DNA of 32,000 nt from the NCBI RefSeq assembly GCF_030296755.1, contig NZ_AP027741.1, positions 1,829,475 through 1,861,474 on the forward strand, given 5' to 3'. The stretch is from Methylophaga marina. Lineage in GTDB: Bacteria; Pseudomonadota; Gammaproteobacteria; Nitrosococcales; Methylophagaceae. The notes beneath the pieces were generated by a model. The model saw only the letters and a program-made list of their open reading frames with translations. It did no database searches and was not told the DNA's origin. Position 1 is the first letter of the stretch. Each line of letters starts with the position of its first letter. The translations under genes were made by a program, and so were the position numbers. Of the stretch, positions 25,916 through 32,000 are shown piece after piece.

Positions 25916-26371
25916 CTATTTGTGAAGTTTTCCACAGACTTCTTCACCCAAAGCTGTCATTGCTTGAATCTCTACCTGTCTTCCGGTTGATTGGTACGAT
26001 AAGTGAATCATCAGATCTGGCGCTGGTAAAAAATCCTGACCGCGTTGCGCCCATTCAATCAATGATATGGCATTGTTATGAAAGTAATCATCGATACCCA
26101 TAAATTCAAGCTCACCGGGATCGCTGAGACGATATAAATCAAAGTGGTAAATATCCCTGTGATCAAGTTGGTAGTGTTCAACAAGAGTATAGGTGGGACT
26201 TTTGACATTACCCTGATGCCCAAACGCTTGCACAAAGCCTCTGGTAAAGGTCGTTTTTCCTGCACCCAGTTCACCTTCAAGATGAATGGTGAAGAGCTTG
26301 TCAGGCATCAGCATGGCAAGGTCTCTACCTAGGCTGAGGGTCGCTTTTTCGTTATCAAGATATCTATGCAC
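25916..26371 (-). CDS. tsaE: tRNA t6A37 biosynthesis protein TsaE (YjeE ATPase)
   Basis: 151 aa with P-loop GELGAGKTTFTRG, SPTYTLV and HFDLYRL motifs. Confidence 0.9.
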   Translation of the reverse strand: MHRYLDNEKATLSLGRDLAMLMPDKLFTIHLEGELGAGKTTFTRGFVQAFGHQGNVKSPTYTLVEHYQLDHRDIYHFDLYRLSDPGELEFMGIDDYFHNNAISLIEWAQRGQDFLPAPDLMIHLSYQSTGRQVEIQAMTALGEEVCGKLHK

Positions 26372-26380
26372 GTTCTTTTC

Positions 26381-27862
26381 TTATTTTAAATTCAACAGAT
26401 GACGAAGATGAGGTAATAAGTCTAATGCCAGTAATCCCCGTTCTCCATGTTCTTTGGCTGCTCTGTCAGCGGCCATGCCATGAAGTATGACACCAAGACT
26501 GGCAGCATCAAAGAGTGACATTTTCTGTGCAAGTAAGCCACCGATAATACCGGTCAATGCATCACCCATTCCCCCACTTGCCATACCAGGATTGCCTACC
26601 GTTGATACTAGTGTGGTGCTGCCATCACAAATCAATGACCCTGATCCTTTAAGCACAACAACGCCTCCGTATTTCTGCTGAATAAGTTTCACAGCATGAA
26701 AGCGGTCTGCTTCTATTTCACTGCTGCTCATACCCAACAATCTGCCTGCTTCACCAGGATGAGGCGTAAGAATCCAGTTTGATTTGTAAGCAGGACGCTG
26801 ACTGAGTAAGTTCAGGGCATCTGCATCCATGACCATCGGTTTTTCTATTTCGAGAAGCGCATTAAACATAGGGTTAGACCAGGCATCTTGACCTAAGCCC
26901 GGGCCAAAACTTATTACTGATGCTTTCTCTAATAACTTTGCTAAATCAGTCGCTGAATCTATTGCGCTCACCATTAACTCAGGACGGTCTATATTCAGCC
27001 AGTGAGCATGCTCAGGATGTGTGGCAACACTGATAAGTCCTGCTCCAGTGCGGGCTCCTGCTTCAGCACAAATTCTCGCAGCACCTGACATGCCACGATT
27101 GCCACCCACGACCAGTAAATGACCAAAGTCCCCTTTATGGGCTGAACGGGCTCTTGGTTTTAATTGTGGTTTATAGTGCTCGAAGCGGGCGAGTTGGCTT
27201 GATGTAGGTAATGTTTTATATAGGCTCTCTGGTGTTTCTAAATCATCAAAATAAATGCGTCCGCTATAGTGTGGACCGTCTCCCGTGAACAAGCCTTGGT
27301 TCAATCCCAGAAAGCTAACGGTGATATCCGCTTTCACAGCGATGCCCATGACTTTTCCTGTATCCGCATTCAGGCCTGAGGCGATATCGATCGATAAAAT
27401 GCGAGCCTGAACCGTGTTATTGATAGCGGCAATGGCTTGAGCATAATGACCTCTTACAGGGCGATCCAAGCCTGTACCGAACAGCGCGTCAACAATGACA
27501 TCGGTCTCCGCAACTTGACCACTAAAAGCTTGAGGCTTATGACCTGTACTTAAAAAGCCTTGTCTCGCATGGGCGGCTTCATCACTCATTTTATCAGGCT
27601 GACCCAGCTCGATAAGGTCGACATGGAAACCTTGATTAATCGCCTGATGAGCAAGGTCATACCCATCTCCACCGTTATTCCCTGCTCCGCAAAATACGGT
27701 GATATGTTTTGCTTGTGGCCAAGACCTCATCAAAATATCCAGTGCGGCTTTTGCTGCACGAGACATGAGTTCAGTACCGCTAATGTGATGGTCTTCAATG
27801 ATGGTGCGATCAATTTCACGTGTTTGCGCGGCAGTATATAAACGATCCGGCAAGATGTGCAT
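26381..27862 (-). CDS. nnr: Bifunctional NAD(P)H-hydrate repair enzyme Nnr (epimerase + ADP-dependent dehydratase)
   Basis: 493 aa. It has an N-terminal YjeF_N domain (CGAGNNGGDG) and a C-terminal carbohydrate-kinase-like domain (GPGLG, GGMGDALTG). It lies upstream of tsaE, as in E. coli yjeF-yjeE. Confidence 0.9.
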   Translation of the reverse strand: MHILPDRLYTAAQTREIDRTIIEDHHISGTELMSRAAKAALDILMRSWPQAKHITVFCGAGNNGGDGYDLAHQAINQGFHVDLIELGQPDKMSDEAAHARQGFLSTGHKPQAFSGQVAETDVIVDALFGTGLDRPVRGHYAQAIAAINNTVQARILSIDIASGLNADTGKVMGIAVKADITVSFLGLNQGLFTGDGPHYSGRIYFDDLETPESLYKTLPTSSQLARFEHYKPQLKPRARSAHKGDFGHLLVVGGNRGMSGAARICAEAGARTGAGLISVATHPEHAHWLNIDRPELMVSAIDSATDLAKLLEKASVISFGPGLGQDAWSNPMFNALLEIEKPMVMDADALNLLSQRPAYKSNWILTPHPGEAGRLLGMSSSEIEADRFHAVKLIQQKYGGVVVLKGSGSLICDGSTTLVSTVGNPGMASGGMGDALTGIIGGLLAQKMSLFDAASLGVILHGMAADRAAKEHGERGLLALDLLPHLRHLLNLK

Positions 27863-28978
27863 AAGTCGATCCCCTCTAATTCAATCCCGACAGCTTATAA
27901 TAGGTTTATGGACAAACAAAACACTGACATCGAATGGCAGGATTTTATCTTACGTATGCAACGTTGGGCGCGTTCGCTGGGATTTCAGGCGCTGGGTGTC
28001 AGTGATCTTGATTTGTCAGAGGCAGATCAGCGATTACAAAACTGGCTGGAAAAAGGCTTTCATGGTGACATGGGCTTTATGGAAAAGCATGGTAGTAAAC
28101 GGACTCACCCAGCCCAATTAGTTGAAGGCACAGTCAGTGTTATCAGTGTCAGAATGGATTATTGGCCTGGGGAAGCTGCCGAACCCTGGTCCGTGCTTGA
28201 TGATGATGAGAAAGCCTTTATTTCCCGTTATGCCCTGGGGCGTGATTATCATAAATTGATGCGAAAACGCCTGGCCAAACTTGCCCAGCACATTCAAAAA
28301 GAAGTCGGCGAGTTTGGTTATCGTGTTTTTACAGATAGTGCACCGGTGATGGAAAAAGCAATCGCGGAAAAAGCGGGACTTGGGTGGATAGGCAAACACA
28401 GCAATGTGCTAAATCGTGATCATGGCTCATACTTTTTCCTGGGTGAAATTTATACCGACCTACCATTGCCACCAACACCGTCAGTAACCGCTCACTGCGG
28501 TAGCTGTACCGCCTGTATCGATATTTGCCCAACACAAGCCATTGTAGCGCCCTATGAAGTCGATGCACGTCGATGTATTTCTTACTTAACCATTGAATTG
28601 CGCGGTTCGATTCCGGAAGAGTTCAGACCCTTAATGGGGAACCGGATTTATGGCTGTGATGATTGCCAGTTGGTCTGTCCATGGAACAAGTATGCTCAGG
28701 CGACCACGGAGTCAGACTATTCACCCCGAGAGGGCTTAGATGCGCCGCAACTCGTTGATTTGTTTATGTGGTCTGAGCAAACCTTTTTGTCACGCCTGGA
28801 AGGAAGTCCTATCCGGCGAATTGGCTATGACTGCTGGTTGCGGAATATTGCTGTTGCTCTGGGTAATGCCCAAACCAGTCCGTCAGTCATTGAGGCATTA
28901 ATGGCTCGTTCAAATCAGGTGTCAGATATGGTCCAAGAGCATATTGATTGGGCGCTACAACGTCATCAGCTGTCATAA
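27857..28978 (+). CDS. queG: Epoxyqueuosine reductase QueG
   Basis: Contains the two 4Fe-4S motifs CGSCTACIDICP and CDDCQLVCPWN and is collinear with E. coli QueG. The likely true start is the ATG at 27908 (MDKQNTDIEW...). The track start at 27857 would overlap the divergent nnr start. Confidence 0.88.
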   Translation: MHKSIPSNSIPTAYNRFMDKQNTDIEWQDFILRMQRWARSLGFQALGVSDLDLSEADQRLQNWLEKGFHGDMGFMEKHGSKRTHPAQLVEGTVSVISVRMDYWPGEAAEPWSVLDDDEKAFISRYALGRDYHKLMRKRLAKLAQHIQKEVGEFGYRVFTDSAPVMEKAIAEKAGLGWIGKHSNVLNRDHGSYFFLGEIYTDLPLPPTPSVTAHCGSCTACIDICPTQAIVAPYEVDARRCISYLTIELRGSIPEEFRPLMGNRIYGCDDCQLVCPWNKYAQATTESDYSPREGLDAPQLVDLFMWSEQTFLSRLEGSPIRRIGYDCWLRNIAVALGNAQTSPSVIEALMARSNQVSDMVQEHIDWALQRHQLS

Positions 28979-29032
28979 ACCTGTCATTGATACACTTTAC
29001 ACTCAGCGTGTTTTTGACTGCTGAGAAGTTAA

Positions 29033-30970
29033 GTGAAGTTATCGTTTGTATCCCGCCTGATTAGTTTTGTTATTGTTTTTGCACTCATGTTATCCGCTGT
29101 CGTTGCTGTCTGGGGTTGGTATCAACTCGATAAGCCTTATCAAATCACTCAGGAATTTAAGCAATATCGAAATGTGTTTGATATTGATACACGTATTTTG
29201 CTGGAACGTTATTTAGCCTCGGGGCAGGCCAATTTACTTCAGGATGCAGAAAATCAGCTCGATGCAATGAAAACAAAAACGTTTGACTGGCTGAGTGAGT
29301 CAGATAATACAGCCATACAGAGTGGTATCGATGCATTGCAGTCAGAAGTTCAACAAGTGCGCTCTGCAGGCAAACTTTCAGCTAATCCTCAAACCTTGTT
29401 AATGAATAACGAGCGGGAACGTAACGGTGACTTACTGAGCTTGAATCGTTACGCAGAAAAAGCACAATCTACCCCAGCATGGCAGATTGCGGATTTTCTG
29501 CAGAAGCTGGTGGAGCTTGAGCATAGCCTGAATCAAATCTCTTTATATCGACAGCGATATCTTGAGACCCAGGATAAAGCGATTGAGAAAACCTTATTGG
29601 ACGAAAATCAGTATTTCGCAGAGTTGGTTAAGCAACTGGAAGCCATGCCGCGATTTGGTATCTACACAGAGGTAGATGAAGAGGCATTAATCCCACAAGA
29701 GCCCGATGAGATCGGCGATCTCAGTATTGCTTCTTTACATAGCCTGACTCAGCGTTACGAAAAAGAACTCCGCAATACCCAGACTATGCAGCAACAAGTC
29801 ACGGCAAGTAGGGAAGCTTTGAATCAAGAAATGCTGGCTTTTCAAGCGATGCTGGCTGAATATGAGAGCAAAATTAGCCAGATTAAGGCGGATATTACGC
29901 AACGCTTGCAGTGGCTAGTATTGCTGGCTCTTGTCTTTATTATCCCCGCGCTTTCTCTACAGTTTGTGATGCAAAACCGTTTGATGCGCTTTTTGCTCAA
30001 ACTTGATGGCTTTTTTAAAGCCATGCTTGCTGGTCATTATCAGCAGAGTTTGACTTCTGAACTGGCTTTTAGTGAGACCAACTCCGTCGTCGAGGCAGCA
30101 CTTCACTTGCAGCAGTATCTCGGCGATTTGATTGATAAATTAGACCATCAGGCGCAAACGTTGATTAACGCCAGTCGAACCTTGCAAGAGGAGTCCGAAG
30201 CTACTTCGACACTGACACAACAGCAACAACATACGACTGATCAGGTGGCTACTGCTGTTATGCAGTTGTCATATTCATTTAAGGAGGTCGCGAATAACGC
30301 GACAGATGCATCAGAGTTTGCTGGGCAAGCAAACGAAGCCACATATTCTGCTCGGCATAAGCTCAGCCTGGCATCAACGGCAACACAACAACTTGCTATG
30401 GATTTACTTGATGCAGAAACGGTTATTCATCGCCTTGAGCAAAATAGTCAAAATATTCAGTCTGTACTGGAAGTCATTCAGGGTGTGGCAGAACAAACCA
30501 ATTTATTAGCATTAAATGCGGCTATTGAGGCCGCCAGAGCCGGTGAACATGGCAGAGGTTTCGCCGTTGTGGCAGACGAAGTTCGATTGCTGGCATCGAG
30601 AACCACTGAATCAACGGAAGAAATTAAAGCGATTATTGAGCAACTCGCTACTTCCGGCGCGGAGGCGACCAGTATTGTTGGTCGCCAAAGTGCTGCCGCA
30701 AAACGTTGCGCAGCGCAGACCGATGACGCGAATCTCGCCATGGCACCCGTTGTTTCGGCAATGGATAATATTACGCAAATGAATTCATCGATTGCTACGG
30801 CTACCCAACAGCAAACGGCGACCGTTGATGAAATTGCCCGTGCGGCAGAGCAGATTAAATCAAGTTCAATTGATGTGAATCAACATATTGTGGGTATTGG
30901 TCAGTCTGGAAGAGGCTTAACGACTATCAGTGAAGAGCTGAAACTATTAGTGCTGGCCTTAAAGCAGTGA
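29033..30970 (+). CDS. Methyl-accepting chemotaxis protein
   Basis: GTG start. It has two TM segments flanking a periplasmic region of about 270 aa, a HAMP-like region, and the highly conserved signalling hairpin ([35 protein letters not shown]). Confidence 0.9.
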   Translation: MKLSFVSRLISFVIVFALMLSAVVAVWGWYQLDKPYQITQEFKQYRNVFDIDTRILLERYLASGQANLLQDAENQLDAMKTKTFDWLSESDNTAIQSGIDALQSEVQQVRSAGKLSANPQTLLMNNERERNGDLLSLNRYAEKAQSTPAWQIADFLQKLVELEHSLNQISLYRQRYLETQDKAIEKTLLDENQYFAELVKQLEAMPRFGIYTEVDEEALIPQEPDEIGDLSIASLHSLTQRYEKELRNTQTMQQQVTASREALNQEMLAFQAMLAEYESKISQIKADITQRLQWLVLLALVFIIPALSLQFVMQNRLMRFLLKLDGFFKAMLAGHYQQSLTSELAFSETNSVVEAALHLQQYLGDLIDKLDHQAQTLINASRTLQEESEATSTLTQQQQHTTDQVATAVMQLSYSFKEVANNATDASEFAGQANEATYSARHKLSLASTATQQLAMDLLDAETVIHRLEQNSQNIQSVLEVIQGVAEQTNLLALNAAIEAARAGEHGRGFAVVADEVRLLASRTTESTEEIKAIIEQLATSGAEATSIVGRQSAAAKRCAAQTDDANLAMAPVVSAMDNITQMNSSIATATQQQTATVDEIARAAEQIKSSSIDVNQHIVGIGQSGRGLTTISEELKLLVLALKQ

Positions 30971-32000
30971 TCAGGATACAGGCTGAGCAGCCAATGGCAG
31001 TTCAAACCAAAAGGTTGAACCAAGCTGTTCTTTACTTTGATAACCAATTCGTCCACCCATTGCTTCAATGAGTTTTTTGGTGATAACCAGGCCTACACCA
31101 CTGCCTTCTGTTGTCGAATTTTCTTGCCCTAATCGAGAAAAACTAGAAAACAATAATTGCTGATTTTCATGAGAAATACCTGACCCGGTATCGATCACCA
31201 GCACACGAAGTGAATCTGTCTGCTTTTTATACTCCAGCATTAAACTGCCTTCCGGTCGGTTATATTTGATGGCATTACTCAACAAATTAATCAGGATTTG
31301 TTTTAAGCGCATAGGATCAGCATTGACATAAACCTTGGGATCGTCGGCGATAAAGAGTTTGATTTGTTTCTGCCTGGCTAAGCTATCTACCAGCGACAGG
31401 CAATCTGTGACGGTGTTGCCCATATGGGTGGGCTTTAATTTTAAATCCAGATGACCACTTTCCACTTTTGCCAGATCAAGCACCTGATTAACTAATGTTA
31501 GTAGGTGCTTACTTGCTTTCATTATGTGGTCAAGGCTCTCGGCCTGTTGCGAATGTGGGGGCGATTTTGGGTCAGTTCTGAGTAATTGTGTAAAACCCAA
31601 TATGGCATTGAGAGGGGTTCTTAACTCATGGCTCATACTGGATAAAAACTCTGTCTTGGCTCGATTGGCCGTTTCAGCGAGTTCTTTTGCTTGTTGAAGC
31701 GCAGAGGTCTGTTGTTGAAGTATTTTGGTTAAATAGAGTGACTGCCAATACTCTGCGTTAGCACGAGATGCTTGTATCAGCAAAAAAATCATATACGAAA
31801 TCAGTCCAAATAAGATGCTCACTGTACTCAGGTTCCATTTGAGCATGGTCGATACGATGATGGGCAGAAAAATCATGCATAAATACATTCGAGCCAGCTT
31901 TTTCCATATAAACAGGCTAGTCAATGCACCTGCACCGATACCAATGGTAAACATCAGTACGACCATATTAGTAAATAAGGTTTGATACAGGTAGAGGCAA
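30971..32000 (-). CDS. Sensor histidine kinase (HisKA + HATPase_c); N-terminus extends beyond the window
   Basis: Has H-box [12 protein letters not shown]-box LLSNAIKYN, and G-boxes DTGSGI and GSGVGL. The frame stays open upstream of the M at 31966 to the window edge (hydrophobic ...[11 protein letters not shown]). Confidence 0.88.
   Translation of the reverse strand, partial: CLYLYQTLFTNMVVLMFTIGIGAGALTSLFIWKKLARMYLCMIFLPIIVSTMLKWNLSTVSILFGLISYMIFLLIQASRANAEYWQSLYLTKILQQQTSALQQAKELAETANRAKTEFLSSMSHELRTPLNAILGFTQLLRTDPKSPPHSQQAESLDHIMKASKHLLTLVNQVLDLAKVESGHLDLKLKPTHMGNTVTDCLSLVDSLARQKQIKLFIADDPKVYVNADPMRLKQILINLLSNAIKYNRPEGSLMLEYKKQTDSLRVLVIDTGSGISHENQQLLFSSFSRLGQENSTTEGSGVGLVITKKLIEAMGGRIGYQSKEQLGSTFWFELPLAAQPVS

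Noticed and set aside
27857-27907. queG start at 27857 as given by the ORF track
   Set aside because: That start would overlap the divergent nnr start codon (27862). Comparison with the E. coli QueG N-terminus favours the ATG at 27908 (MDKQNTDIEW...).
1-32000. CRISPR arrays, transposons/IS elements, prophage or known defence systems
   Set aside because: Reading both strands, I found no regularly spaced direct repeats, no terminal inverted repeats flanking a transposase-like ORF, and no nuclease, helicase or methyltransferase gene sets beyond housekeeping prmB and mutL. The only repeats are the hps paralogues and short palindromes.

Overview
The window looks like a chromosomal segment from a moderately AT-rich gammaproteobacterial methylotroph. 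That assignment is an inference from gene content (Methylophaga-like); no search was run.

Layout, left to right:
- 3' end of a GGDEF protein.
- prmB, translationally coupled to a frameshifted leuC.
- A ribulose-monophosphate (RuMP) formaldehyde-assimilation block on the minus strand: tal, hps, phi, an orphan repeat-motif small protein, and a second hps copy with its own duplicated promoter.
- A HAD-IIA phosphatase with a split, convergent dhaK/dhaL pair.
- A seven-gene minus-strand string: NitT/TauT-type ABC importer (SBP, permease, ATPase), creatininase-family hydrolase, glutamine-synthetase-like ligase (frameshifted), a NikR-fold regulator that has lost all four nickel ligands, then dhaL.
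- A porin and tRNA-Phe(GAA).
- A membrane-fusion protein plus a CzcA/CusA-type RND pump (frameshifted).
- A LysM-like membrane protein, then the conserved nnr-tsaE-amiB-mutL string with divergent queG.
- An MCP abutting a convergent histidine kinase that runs off the window.

No CRISPR array, transposase, integrase, phage gene or recognisable defence gene was seen.

Most interesting items:
1. The ABC / creatininase-like / GS-like / ligand-less NikR-like locus, driven by a near-consensus sigma-54 promoter followed by a GTATTA-N16-TAATAC palindrome with E. coli NikR-operator geometry.
2. The 105-aa protein with four TGVE(R/K)YI(R/Q)N motifs between the two hps copies.
3. A perfect 29-bp palindrome that buries the mutL start codon.
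4. Three genes, each broken by a 1-nt deletion in a mononucleotide run.
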